DNA from: Eutreptiella sp. 'Long Island Sound 2002'
Lineage: Eukaryota > Protista > Euglenida
Length of the DNA stretch: 64,000 bases
Direction of reading: 5' to 3'
NCBI GenBank assembly: GCA_964036045.1
Contig: OZ038379.1
Span: 8,122,001 to 8,186,000 of the forward strand
The translations under genes and the position numbers were made by a program. Below the pieces are notes generated by a model that saw only the letters and a program-made list of their open reading frames with translations, did not search any database and was not told the origin of the DNA. Below, piece by piece: positions 51,101-63,698 of this stretch (positions within the stretch are counted from its first letter, which is position 1; each line of letters opens with the position of its first letter).

Positions 51101-52711
51101 CGTCCACCCACGTTCCCAAAGGCATGCAAACACAAGAAAGTGTTTGAAACATGAAATTTCAGGTTCACACCCACGTTCTCATAAGTGCAGAAATATCTCC
51201 AACATCTCCTGTGGCATACATTTGTGTCTGAATGACAAGAGAAGTCAACTCTGACAGAGGGCACTTGCACAGAAACAACAGAAGAGCACAGTACAACCAC
51301 CCGTTTCCAGAAGAAATGTCAAAGTGACGTTCCCCCCCTGGGGGGGGGGATTGCAAGGATGGGGAGATTACAAGGGGGGGTAAGGTAACAGTTGCAGCAA
51401 CCCGTTTGCTCTCGCAATGGGGGGTAGAGGTACCTCGGGGGGTATCTGAATGAACTTTGATTTTGAAATGTTCAGTAATTGTTGAGTGTTTGCGCCTCAG
51501 GTCACCAAAGCCTCACACAGCGGTGTGTACACATCCCTCCAGCGAGATGCAGGAAGCCAAAAATTTTACAGTGTTGCCAGAGGTATTATGCCTCAAGATG
51601 TGCATCAACACATCAAATTGACCAGGGAGGCATTTGTATTTGCTTCACAATGCAAATGCAAAGCGCAGTCAATCACATTGTTGTCAATGCCAGTACAGCC
51701 TCTTTTTTTGGTTCTGCCCTGCCAGTGCCTGGCAAGCTATCAACAGAAACTCGGCTTGAACATCTTTGGGCATGACTCAACACAGCGGTCCTGAGATCAA
51801 AAGCATGAGTGTTTGCTGTTGGGCTGTGAAAAGCCCATTGTGGAGGCTGTTGGCTTGCATCAGGTCCTGCCTTTACAGGCTGATAATATGTCATACATTC
51901 CATGCTTACCTGTTTTTGCACTGCTTGGCCCATCTCTCCGCCCTCAGGGGCATAGAACCAACGCGCAACACAACTACGAACACACACGTGAGTGAACGCA
52001 TGGTATGAGTGCACCTTCACGTCCACCCACGTTCCCAAAGGCATGCAAACACAGAAGGGTGTTTGAAATATGAAACTTCAGGTTCACACCCACGTTCTCA
52101 TACGTGCAGAAATATCTCCAAAATCAGAGCTATGCCAGTTCAAGTGGGCAAACACTCACAACAATGTGTCCATGACTCTATGCAACTGGCAAATTCGTCA
52201 GCAAGCCCATGTGTTATGTGGACCACATTTGGTACCGAATTAAATTGGGTCCCAAATTAATGCGGTCCCTACGCCCGCTGTAGCTTGGACAAGGGCGTAG
52301 CTTTTACACGGGGGGGGGGGGTACCCATGGGGTGGCTTCCTTCATCGCCATGGAATCCATCCAGACAGCCCAGATGGCCCGGCGCATGCCCTGAGCGCTA
52401 CCTTTGTATTAAGTATCCTGTATCTAGCCCCAAATTTATCCTCACCTAGGGAAGTCCGCAAAGACCGCAAACATTCCATGCAAAGCACGGTGCATAAGAC
52501 GAAAGATGAGAATTCAACGACACAAGATGTCAGTCCGACCATTTCCAACCACCACTCTTGCCATTATCATAAGCTTGAAGCAAAGGAGGGGTAAGATTCT
52601 TAAACACTGCAAGGAGGTACGCCAGATTGTTTGGTGAGGGAAGGGGGGGAACAGGTGCGGGTGGGGAATGGTCAATGCGCCTGGCGCGTGCCCGGCTAGC
52701 TAATACTTTTG

Positions 52712-55700
52712 TGTTGTTGTGTGCTCTGTCATGCACCCCCAGGGGCGAGGCACAAGCCCGCAACAACGCCACAACTACGAGAAGGCGCGGTACGTGGCAT
52801 GGTTTCCTCAGTTCTCGACGTGTCACCCTCCACCCGAAGGTGACAACTCGGGAGGGAAGAAATGGCTTGGACAATTGGGCAACAGCAGACCAGGGGATGA
52901 CAGGCTGGAACGGGGAACTGCAGCAGAGCCAGAGGGGTCAGCGTTGAAAGGTCTCTGACAGGGTGATGGAAGAGGTCCCACCCTCCCTGCGAACACGCTC
53001 CTGGCTCCCTGCACCCAATATCCCGTACTGCCATGCCCATATCCTTGAAGACTGGATGGCACCAAGGAAGAATGAAACTGAAGCTGATGCAGGCGGCCTT
53101 CCATCTGGATTGAGGAGGGGTTGCTGATCCAACAACCCGAGAAACAGACGGGTGGACGGGCTGTTTGAGAGGTTTAGTTTGGACCACACCTTCCGGGGAA
53201 TGCCGCAGGAAACAGATCTCTCAAAGCCATGACTCTTCGGGGTCACACATTGGAAGATACTTGGAGAGCGGGGAGATTGTTGACCAGAGGAGCCGTCAAC
53301 CCTTTGATGTATGTTCCAATGCACCCGTGTGAAAGAAAGGGAGGGATCAACCCAAGGAGCTGACCACCTGTTGTTCCAATGCAGACCTGCTTGTGTTGCT
53401 CTTCGCTCTGGAGTGGGAACGTGGTGCTCCAGGTGAAGCAGCAGTTGTCGTGATGTGCATCTGCCATCCAGAGACAGAGAGAATCCGTGGACAACCCTGT
53501 CATACGGTGGTAATTCTGATTTTGCCGCTGGAGATCTTGTCTCCAGTCCATTTCCAGCACGACTCACAGGGCGCCACCTGCAAATGCAGGGGACGCTGTT
53601 GTCTGTGTGCAGAGCACCGTGCCACACCGCGTGCCGGTTCACGCGGCAGTCAGCGCAAAGGCTGCTGCGGAGATTAGTTTGAAGTAGAAGCGTAACACGC
53701 TTGTCACTGACATCCTGCCCCTTGCTGCAGATTTGCACCCACCCGCCCAGGATGCAGTATATTGTAAGGTATGCACCTGACATCAGAACTTTAAGAAGTT
53801 TTTAGCATATACTCGACCACAAAGATCAGCATGCCGATAAGCCCCTTCAACAGATTGAAAGGTTTCTGGGGCCATGAAAATTACGCACTTTCAGATCGGA
53901 ATGTGGTGCTCCAGGTGAAGCAGCAGTTGTCGTGATGTGCATCTGCCATCCAGAGACAGAGAGAGTCCGTGGACAACCCTGTCATAGGTGGCAATTCTGA
54001 TTGTGCCGCTGGAGATCCTGTCTTCAGTCCATTTCCAGCACGAACAACAAGCTGCTGTCCGTGTGCAGAGCACCGTGCAATGCGGTGCCACACCGCGTGC
54101 CGGTTCACGCGGAAGTCAGCGCAAAGGCTGCTGCGGAGATTAGTTTGAAGTAGAAGCGTAACACGCTTGTCACTGACATCCCCTGCCCCTTGCTGCAGAT
54201 TTGCACCCACCCGCCCAGGATGCAGTATATGGTAAGGTATGCACCTGACATGAGAACTTTAAGAAGTTTTTAGCATATACTCGACCACAAAGATCAGCAT
54301 GCCGACAAGCCCCTTCAACAGATTGAAAGGTTTCTGGGGCCATGATTACGCACTTTCAGGCATGCTGTTCTACTTGTGTGATTGTAAAAAATCACAAGAA
54401 GCAAGAATCCACGTGCCCTGCATTGCAAGGCGTTCGCAAGATAATCAACGCGCAGGTCTCGGATCCTCAAATGCTTCACAGGGAGCTGCTCTCCTCCTTC
54501 TGTGTTGTTGTGTGCTCTGTCTAGCACCCCCAGGGGCGTGGCACAAGCCCACAACAACGCCACAACTACGAGAAAGCGCGGTACGTGGCATGGTTTCCTC
54601 AGTTCTCGACGTGTCACCCTCCACCCGAAGGTGACAACTCGGGAGGGAAGAAATGGCTTGGACGATTGGGCAACAGCAGACCAGGGGATGACAGGCTGGA
54701 ACGGGGAACTGCAGCAGAGCCAGAGGGGTCAGCGTTGAAAGGTCTCTGACAGGGTGATGGAAGAGGTCCCACCCTCCCTGCGAACACGCTCCTGGCTCCC
54801 TGCACCCAATATCCCGTACTGCCATGCCCATATCCTTGAAGACTGGATGGCACCAAGGAAGAATGAAACTGAAGCTGATGCAGGCGGCCTTCCATCTGGA
54901 TTGAGGAGGGGTTGCTGATCCAACAACCCGAGAAACAGACGGGTGGACGGGCTGTTTGAGAGGTTTAGTTTGGACCACACCTTCCGGGGAATGCCGCAGG
55001 AAACAGATCTCTCAAAGCCATGACTCTTCGGGGTCACACATTGGAAGATACTTGGAGAGCGGGGAGATTGTTGACCAGAGGAGCCGTCAACCCTTTGATG
55101 TATGTTCCAATGCACCCGTGTGAAAGAAAGGGAGGGATCAACCCAAAGAGCTGACCACCTGTTGTTCCAATGCAGACCTGCTTGTGTTGCTCTTCGCTCT
55201 GGAGTGGGAACGTGGTGCTCCAGGTGAAGCAGCAGTTGTCGTGATGTGCATCTGCCATCCAGAGACAGAGAGAATCCGTGGACAACCCTGTCATACGGTG
55301 GTAATTCTGATTTTGCCGCTGGAGATCTTGTCTCCAGTCCATTTCCAGCACGACTCACAGGGCGCCACCTGCAAATGCAGGGGACGCTGTTGTCTGTGTG
55401 CAGAGCACCGTGCCACACCGCGTGCCGGTTCACGCGGCAGTCAGCGCAAAGGCTGCTGCGGAGATTAGTTTGAAGTAGAAGCGTAACACGCTTGTCACTG
55501 ACATCCTGCCCCTTGCTGCAGATTTGCACCCACCCGCCCAGGATGCAGTATATTGTAAGGTATGCACCTGACATCAGAACTTTAAGAAGTTTTTAGCATA
55601 TACTCGACCACAAAGATCAGCATGCCGATAAGCCCCTTCAACAGATTGAAAGGTTTCTGGGGCCATGAAAATTACGCACTTTCAGATCGGAATGTGGTGC

Positions 55701-57400
55701 TCCAGGTGAAGCAGCAGTTGTCGTGATGTGCATCTGCCATCCAGAGACAGAGAGAGTCCGTGGACAACCCTGTCATAGGTGGCGATTCTGATTGTGCCGC
55801 TGGAGATCCTGTCTTCAGTCCATTTCCAGCACGAACAACAAGCTGCTGTCCGTGTGCAGAGCACCGTGCAATGCGGTGCCACACCGCGTGCCGGTTCACG
55901 CGGAAGTCAGCGCAAAGGCTGCTGCGGAGATTAGTTTGAAGTAGAAGCGTAACACGCTTGTCACTGACATCCCCTGCCCCTTGCTGCAGATTTGCACCCA
56001 CCCGCCCAGGATGCAGTATATGGTAAGGTATGCACCTGACATGAGAACTTTAAGAAGTTTTTAGCATATACTCGACCACAAAGATCAGCATGCCGATAAG
56101 CCCCTTCAACAGATTGAAAGGTTTCTGGGGCCATGATTACGCACTTTCAGGCATGCTGTTCTACTTGTGTGATTGTAAAAAATCACAAGAAGCAAGAATC
56201 CACGTGCCCTGCATTGCAAGGCGTTCGCAAGATAATCAACGCGCAGGTCTCGGATCCTCAAATGCTTCACAGGGAGCTGCTCTCCTCCTTCTGTGTTGTT
56301 GTGTGCTCTGTCTAGCACCCCCAGGGGCGTGGCACAAGCCCACAACAACGCCACAACTACGAGAAGGCGCGGTACGTGGCATGGTTTCCTCAGTTCTCGA
56401 CGTGTCACCCTCCACCCGAAGGTGACAACTCGGGAGGGAAGAAATGGCTTGGACGATTGGGCAACAGCAGACCAGGGGATGACAGGCTGGAACGGGGAAC
56501 TGCAGCAGAGCCAGAGGGGTCAGCGTTGAAAGGTCTCTGACAGGGTGATGGAAGAGGTCCCACCCTCCCTGCGAACACGCTCCTGGCTCCCTGCACCCAA
56601 TATCCCGTACTGCCATGCCCACATCCTTGAAGACTGGATGGCACCAAGGAAGAATGAAACTGAAGCTGATGCAGGCGGCCTTCCATCTGGATTGAGGAGG
56701 GGTTGCTGATCCAACAACCCGAGAAACAGACGGGTGGACGGGCTGTTTGAGAGGTTTAGTTTGGACCACACCTTCCGGGGAATGCCGCAGGAAACAGATC
56801 TCTCAAAGCCATGACTCTTCGGGGTCACACATTGGAAGATACTTGGAGAGCGGGGAGATTGTTGACCAGAGGAGCCGTCAACCCTTTGATGTATGTTCCA
56901 ATGCACCCGTGTGAAAGAAAGGGAGGGATCAACCCAAAGAGCTGACCACCTGTTGTTCCAATGCAGACCTGCTTGTGTTGCTCTTCGCTCTGGAGTGGGA
57001 ACGTGGTGCTCCAGGTGAAGCAGCAGTTGTCGTGATGTGCATCTGCCATCCAGAGACAGAGAGAATCCGTGGACAACCCTGTCATACGGTGGTAATTCTG
57101 ATTTTGCCGCTGGAGATCCTGTCTCCAGTCCATTTCCAGCACGACTCACAGGGCGCCACCTGCAAATGCAGGGGACGCTGTTGTCTGTGTGCAGAGCACC
57201 GTGCAATGCGGTGCCACACCGCGTGCCGGTTCACGCGGCAGTCAGCGCAAAGGCTGCTGCGGAGATTAGTTTGAAGTAGAAGCGTAACACGCTTGTCACT
57301 GACATCCTGCCCCTTGCTGCAGATTTGCACCCACCCGCCCAGGATGCAGTATATTGTAAGGTATGCACCTGACATGAGAACTTCGAGAAGTGTTAAGCAT
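52712..57400. repeat. Tandem array of the same unit, with a 1791-bp higher-order period (full unit plus deleted unit)
   Basis: ORF pairs 53881/55672, 52938/54729 and 54299/56090 are all offset by 1791 bp. Confidence 0.9.
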
Positions 57401-57944
57401 ATACTGGACAAAAAAGCCCTTGGAGTGTGGGCTTGATCAGCAGCTCTAGCGAATGGATCGCGGTTGCAAGCCATCCAACGGTGGTTGGACGCCAGCCGAC
57501 GGTTTTGGCAGTGGTTAGAGACCGACCAATGGGAGGTTTGACCGTTCGGCACAAACACGACCGGAGGTTCAATGAACGAAGGCTGCGGCTTCAGCCGCCT
57601 GTTTCACCAGCATGGGAATCCTGTACAACGGGCTTGACTGGCAACGGCTCCCACCGCCCGCAAATCAACCTGCGGCTCGAAGCTGCGGTTGCAACTTCTC
57701 CACTGCAGGAAACAAGTGGCGGTCGATAGCAATCAGAGGAACTTTCAGTGGTCGAGCAGCTGCACAAAATGCAATAATGCTGGTTCAAGGCTGGTGCTGC
57801 TGGGGCACTGCGACATGTTTAAAAAGGCGACGCAGAGTTCCGCCGGGAGGGCAGACGGCAGAAAGCAGGTTCCATCTCCCGGGATACGAAAACAAGCGGC
57901 AGGCCGGTAATAGCAAGCAGGAAAGGGTGAACACCCTCTCCCAA

Positions 57945-60845
57945 TCACTCAGGAACGTTGCAGGCGAGGGTGCATTGGAGCAAAGCCCTCTCCCACTTTA
58001 CACTCATCATTTGAATCCCGCAGAACTTTTCTACCTCCGAAACGGTTCCCATTTCCTCCCGCTCCAGGATGTTCACAACGACCACATGGGCCATCTGGTT
58101 CAGCGCACAGCACCGGCCCGCGCGCTGCGCGTACGTAATGCTGTTGGGAGGCAGACCCAAATTGATTACGACGGCGACGTTTGACATGCTTACGCCGCGG
58201 GCCAACGCATCCGAGGCAATGAAAATCGAAACGGTCGGCGCGCTGTACTCGGTCACGTTCTCACGGTGTGTGTCGACCGGCACATATTTCTCTTTTAAGT
58301 GTTGGTCGAGGGCCTTACGGCTGGCGACGCTGCAGAAAATCAGCACCCGGCCCGACAACACAGCGTCGCAGATTTTGTCGACCAAGTTGACCTTCTCGTC
58401 CAAATCTGCCACACTGACGACCAGATGTTCGATGTCCGGCGCCACAAGCGAGCCAGCCTCGATGTACTTGACGTCCTTCATATGCTTTGCCACAAAGCTT
58501 TCGACATGCGGGGTACGCCGCGCACACAGCACAGCCCAGTTCATCTTCTCTGGCAGCATTGCAACCAATTTCGGGATCAACAGATGCTGCAGGATGGCAT
58601 CGGCTTCGTCCAGGATGGTGAGGGTCACGGTATCGGTCCGCAACACACCTCTTCTTATCAAATCATACAATCGTCCAGTGGTTGCAACGACCACAGCCTT
58701 GCCTCCATTCTCGAAGCTCTTGACACTGTCGCGGACCCTCGTCTTGCCAACCAAAAGGCAGCATCTTTCGCGTGCTCCACGTCCGCTGCAAGCGCTCTCT
58801 CCCAGCTTTAGGACGAGCTGGTGAGTATACTGTGCAAGTTCTCTCGTGGACGCCAGCAAAAGCGCCTGAGGAACGTTCTCATTCCAATTTACGAGCTGCA
58901 TCGCAGCAATCACGCACGCGGAGGTCTTGCCAGTGCACGGGTGCAGCTCCGACACGACGACGTTGTGCCGCTGCAGGATGCAGGGCATCACCTCGCTCTG
59001 GATCGGGCTGGGCTGTTCGTAGTTCAGCTTGTACACCGCCTCGGTCAACCACGACGACAGGCCCCAGCAGGAGAAGGCACCGATGAAATGGCCATTCCAG
59101 CCGTATCTGCCCGACTCTTGGGAGCGCTTCGATGAACCAGAGCCCGACGACCAGTACCCGCTGTCGCTTCCAGTCTCCTCCTTCCACTCGGCGGGGGAGT
59201 CCCCTGACTCGTTAGAGTCGCCATTCGCAGCGGTGGGGGAATCAGGTCTGGTAAGACACGCGAAGGCAGCAACCAGCGCTTTGTCTAGGGGCTTCTCCGT
59301 GCTATGCGAATTGGAGTAGTTCACTGCCTCCTCCATCTTGCACTCCGGGTATGGAAGAGTTTCGCTGTGGTGCACCGCATCATCCTCGGTGCCGTTCTGG
59401 AAGCTAGCTGTCTGGACGCCGTCACCAGTGAGCTCCCTTTGAGCGGACGCTGCTCCGAGCGAGTTCAGCAGAGGTCCAATCAGGTTGTGCATAGGTTCTA
59501 GTGTCATATTAGAACGATGTGCAGCACGGTTGGTCACAGCTTCTGCGCGGCCAGTGTAAGCACGTAAGGATCGCGATGAAATTTTCAACCCCTTTGACCC
59601 CTTGGATCTTTTGGACTGCTGGGAGACTTGGGAGCTTTCATAGCCTTGCGACCATTGAGAACCTTGGGAGGAACCTTGGAAATCGTGGGAGCCTTGCGAC
59701 CCTTGAGAGCCTTGTGAATCTTGCGATTCTTGTTCACCAGTGTCCCCTTGCGAATCCCCGGAGCCTTGGGACTGTGACTCTTGCGGAGAGTCCGGCGATG
59801 TGTCGCACATACCTTGTGGCAATAGGGGTGTGGTTGACGTCATAAAATCCAAGAGTTGGTGTTGATGAAAAGTTTGTTCTGCTTGAGCGTTCGCAACGCT
59901 CGCTTGTAGTGAGGACGTCGGCACAACTTGGGCCACCGCACTTTTCGTAGGAGTACAACGAGGTGCTGTGGAAAGCACCGACGGGTGAGCGATGGGGAAA
60001 CTCGCCATCTGTTGCGAAGAAACGGTGAATTGACATTCGGCACGTTGTAGGACCGAAATTCGGGCAAACTCCTGGTTCGGTGGCTGGTGGTTGGGTCCAG
60101 TTTGCTCTGACGTCGAAGGCGTGCAAGGAGGCGTGGATTGGGCAATTTGTCCTGCATGCCAAGGTGCAAGGTTGCTAGAAAAGCCAATCAACTGCGTCAT
60201 TTGGCTTGGGTGGGGTGGAGCAAGGTTTTGGGGTTGGTCTTGCTGATAAACTCTTCGAGTAGGTTCAAAGTTTGGGTTCTGCAAAGAAGCGTTTATCATC
60301 GAAGACGATTGATTTGCAATTTGTTGTCGACTAAATTGGCCGTGGCCATATCCTTCGTGACCACCGTCGCCGTGGCCGTTGCCATTTCTAGCGAGGACAA
60401 CCTCGAGTTGTCGAGAGAGACTATTGGGTCCAAGTTGCGATTGAAGCGACGAAGCTCGTTGATAATCGTTGAGTATGTCACGCGGCGTTGCACTTCGACC
60501 ACCATTTGACGCGGCGCGGGGCGACGACGAAGTTGGGGGACCACCGCCGTTTAGCGTGCCATGGGGCGGTGTTTGGTGCACGGTTTGTGTGAAAGGTTGA
60601 CGTTGCGAAGGATTAGGCCGGCTTGCAAATGCGTGATGGATCTGAAGGTCGACGCGGGCATCGGTACTCCTCTCGAATGGAGATCCGCGAGATACTTGTG
60701 GTCTCTTCGAAGGAGTCTTCTTGCTTCCAACCTTTTGGGAGGAAGAGCTTGGGAGTCCGGCGATTGGCTTGAAGTTGCTTGGGACCGGCTTGAAGTTACT
60801 CAAATCATAGTACCCCGCTCCATCGTAAAAAACGTTGCGAGGCAT
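57945..60845 (-). CDS. Second copy of the divergent DEAD-box helicase-like gene (966 aa)
   Basis: The supplied translation differs from copy A only at PTPIQ vs PSPIQ. Confidence 0.85.
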   Translation of the reverse strand: MPRNVFYDGAGYYDLSNFKPVPSNFKPIAGLPSSSSQKVGSKKTPSKRPQVSRGSPFERSTDARVDLQIHHAFASRPNPSQRQPFTQTVHQTPPHGTLNGGGPPTSSSPRAASNGGRSATPRDILNDYQRASSLQSQLGPNSLSRQLEVVLARNGNGHGDGGHEGYGHGQFSRQQIANQSSSMINASLQNPNFEPTRRVYQQDQPQNLAPPHPSQMTQLIGFSSNLAPWHAGQIAQSTPPCTPSTSEQTGPNHQPPNQEFARISVLQRAECQFTVSSQQMASFPIAHPSVLSTAPRCTPTKSAVAQVVPTSSLQASVANAQAEQTFHQHQLLDFMTSTTPLLPQGMCDTSPDSPQESQSQGSGDSQGDTGEQESQDSQGSQGSQGSHDFQGSSQGSQWSQGYESSQVSQQSKRSKGSKGLKISSRSLRAYTGRAEAVTNRAAHRSNMTLEPMHNLIGPLLNSLGAASAQRELTGDGVQTASFQNGTEDDAVHHSETLPYPECKMEEAVNYSNSHSTEKPLDKALVAAFACLTRPDSPTAANGDSNESGDSPAEWKEETGSDSGYWSSGSGSSKRSQESGRYGWNGHFIGAFSCWGLSSWLTEAVYKLNYEQPSPIQSEVMPCILQRHNVVVSELHPCTGKTSACVIAAMQLVNWNENVPQALLLASTRELAQYTHQLVLKLGESACSGRGARERCCLLVGKTRVRDSVKSFENGGKAVVVATTGRLYDLIRRGVLRTDTVTLTILDEADAILQHLLIPKLVAMLPEKMNWAVLCARRTPHVESFVAKHMKDVKYIEAGSLVAPDIEHLVVSVADLDEKVNLVDKICDAVLSGRVLIFCSVASRKALDQHLKEKYVPVDTHRENVTEYSAPTVSIFIASDALARGVSMSNVAVVINLGLPPNSITYAQRAGRCCALNQMAHVVVVNILEREEMGTVSEVEKFCGIQMMSVKWERALLQCTLACNVPE

Positions 60846-63437
60846 ACCTAAAAAAAATTAGACATCCACAAGGTGACACATGGGACATTTCATTCGTGTG
60901 CGGTGGTCCCAAATGGTTTCGAAATTGGGCTGTCGAGGCTGAAAATGGGACAATAGATTGTGCACCACTTCTTGTGAAAGGACTCCAACCTTGCACCCAA
61001 CGGCCAAACGAGGTGAAAAACACACAAAGAAGGTCGAACACATGCGAAACTAGGATATTTCATCATTGTGGGTGGTGGTCACAATATCGCAAAAATCGGT
61101 TTGGGAAGTTTCGTTTTTTGAGCTGTGAGGCTGAAAAGATGGGTTTGGGCAATAGTTCCTTGGGAAGGACACTAATTCCTTGGGAAGGACCTCCCCCCCG
61201 GGCATCCAATGAAAAGATGGGGTGTAAAAAATACACCAAGGTCCCAAACCTGGTTTACAAGGGACATTTGATCATCGTGGCTACAAAATCAAAAAAAATC
61301 CCCATGGGTGCTAGGGTACCCGTATTGACGCCAAATGATGATGCAGCCCATTGCATACTCACCCAGGCCCTAGTATGGCAAATAGTGGCTGGCATAGGCC
61401 GGCTGTGGCTCTCAAAAGAGGCGTCTCCAAAGTGGCCCATTTCAAAACTTTGACCGCCGTCCGTTTTTAAATTTGGCCCCCACTTTCTTTTCATGGAATG
61501 GGCAGCGGTACCATCGTTGTGTCGTTTTGCTTGCACAGTATTAATGCACAAAGATAGTCTCAAAGTCTAAAACCTTTCAGAATTTGATGAACAACATGGA
61601 TGGATTTTAAAAATCGTCCAGAACTATGGTATTTACTGAAGACAAGTGCACATTTTGCATGCAAGTTCCATGTGACGCAAAACCGCAATGGGAACCTGCG
61701 CAAGCCAATTTTTAGCGACACAATTTTACTTTCCCTCTAAGGGGATGAATTATTTGCAAACAAATGCATGCACTAGGTACGTTTAGTACATTTAAATGAA
61801 TTTTAAATTATTGACCCAGTTAAATGACAACCGCAATATGTATCTACACCGAACCAAAAGGTGCTTGAAGAGGTAGAATTCAAGTGTTAGCAAATGTGCA
61901 TTAACAAAGGAAATTTGAAAAAAGATGCCAAATTGTCCCTCTCTTGTGCGTTGCCTTGTTTACCAGATTCTCAGCATTCTTGGCATGTCATTCCACTGAT
62001 ATAACACATGGGTTCACTTGACACAAATCAAATACCCAGGCACAAACAGACGCACTGTGCAACTCGAACGTAGACATATGCAGAGCTCTTCAAAGTTACC
62101 CTGAGTTGACGGGGATAACTTCACTACTTCCCTAGTTTCCTAATTCCTCGGGACTGCCCTCACTACGTAGGGCTGTAGGATTTGCCCGTATTATCAGAGG
62201 TGTGGGGTCGAACCAATTGTGCTCACAGACCTCCCCCTCCCCAACCCGGGGAGTGTGGGGCTGCTTTGGTTTGGTTTCTTTCCCTTGCAAAACAACCTTA
62301 GTTTTGCGCTACAGCAGTTGGGGGGAGACCCACGAAAAACAGTGTAGGCTGCTGCTGAAACTGCACCTCAGGCTGCACAAAAGCAAAATCAACACAGCTA
62401 CGAAAGCACCAAACCTCAAAAAAGTGCATTGATTTCAGTGTTGAAGAACATAGGGTCAAGCAAATGTACTAGACCATTTTTTGCCTCTTGGTGGGTCGCC
62501 GGACCATAGAACAACAGTTCTCAACAGCCAAACCTAAAGTGTACTCCACATCTGATGGTCTATCCAATGAAATACCAAGAACGTCTTCATGACAGGCATG
62601 GTCCAACTGATGGTCCAACCAATGATGCCAAACAGCTTAGGACGGAATGTCTAAGAACACCAACCTGTTGAAGGACAAGCCACCTTGATTTGGTGTGCAA
62701 GAGCTTCGACTCTTTGGCACAAATGGTAAATTGTAAACGGTAAATTTGCAAGCAAGCGCTCACCGTGTGTGTGAAACATGTCTACAAATGTTTCTCACGT
62801 GACTCAGTTTTGCGATGCACCATCATTGCACTAGCATTAGAAATTGCGAGGTCCCAAGTACACAAGTATCTCAGGTGCACTAAGCCGACTCCAAGCGACG
62901 TCGAATGCGTCAAAAATACCCAAAAACGTGTCGCCCTGGACCCCAAGTATCTGTCGCCGCACAGCTACAAGTCAACTCGACAAATCAACATACATGCAAC
63001 ATTGAAATCAAGAGACGGACCAGCAAGCAAGCATGAAACTCATTACTTCGAACTGGAATATGTGACTGCTTGTGAATTCCATGTTGCTCTCAGAAAAGTT
63101 GTCCACATTTCCTGAACGGACCTGAACGGAAAATTTTCGCGCTACCGCGAAATAGGATCGCACGACAGCCGTGCAACGCGATTTAGCCAATTTGAGCCAA
63201 TGCGTATAGGTTTGGGGGTTTTACACTGCGTTTTTGAGGAATTTAAAGGCCGTTAAGGTTTATCTCAACTATTTTTTGTGATGATCGCACTCGAAGCGTT
63301 TGATCCGTGTCGACCGAGTAAAACCCGTTCCGGTGTGTTCGGTCACGTTTCTCCAAGATTCGAGTCGTTTCGTGCCACACGTTTCTGTCGAAACCTCCCA
63401 ATGCACCTTTCTCACCCCTCATTTACAGTTGCGCTTC

Positions 63438-63698
63438 ATGGGTGATCGTTTGCAGCCAGCCACCCAAGCACTGTTGCTGAGCAGCATTGACAACCTTCTA
63501 GACAGCAACGCCTTGCTCTTTGCCCAGAACTGCCGTATTGCTGCCCAGAATTTGCCACTGCAAGGTGCACTTGAACATTCGTTGCAGCAGCACTTGCAGC
63601 AGCACCCGCCACCACCTGCCCAAGTATTTGAAACGCCAAGGCCGGATACGCACGCCCATTCATCAAAAACTCTTCTGCCGCTCCCTGACCGCCTATGA
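63438..63698 (+). CDS. Possible 5' coding exon of an unidentified gene
   Basis: A pyrimidine tract and CAG (63427-63428) lie 9 nt before the ATG. Gln/Leu/Pro-rich translation with no recognised domain. Confidence 0.3.
   Translation: MGDRLQPATQALLLSSIDNLLDSNALLFAQNCRIAAQNLPLQGALEHSLQQHLQQHPPPPAQVFETPRPDTHAHSSKTLLPLPDRL

Larger units (their letters stand above)
52250..62570. repeat. Segmental duplication copy B
   Basis: Near-identical to 34260-43674, with SNPs, indels and a different array structure. Confidence 0.9.

Noticed and set aside
52378-52704. Another Harbinger-like insertion
   Set aside because: It has the inner GCCCGGCGC-type motifs at both ends but lacks the GGGGGAA termini and a clear TSD; at most a degraded derivative.
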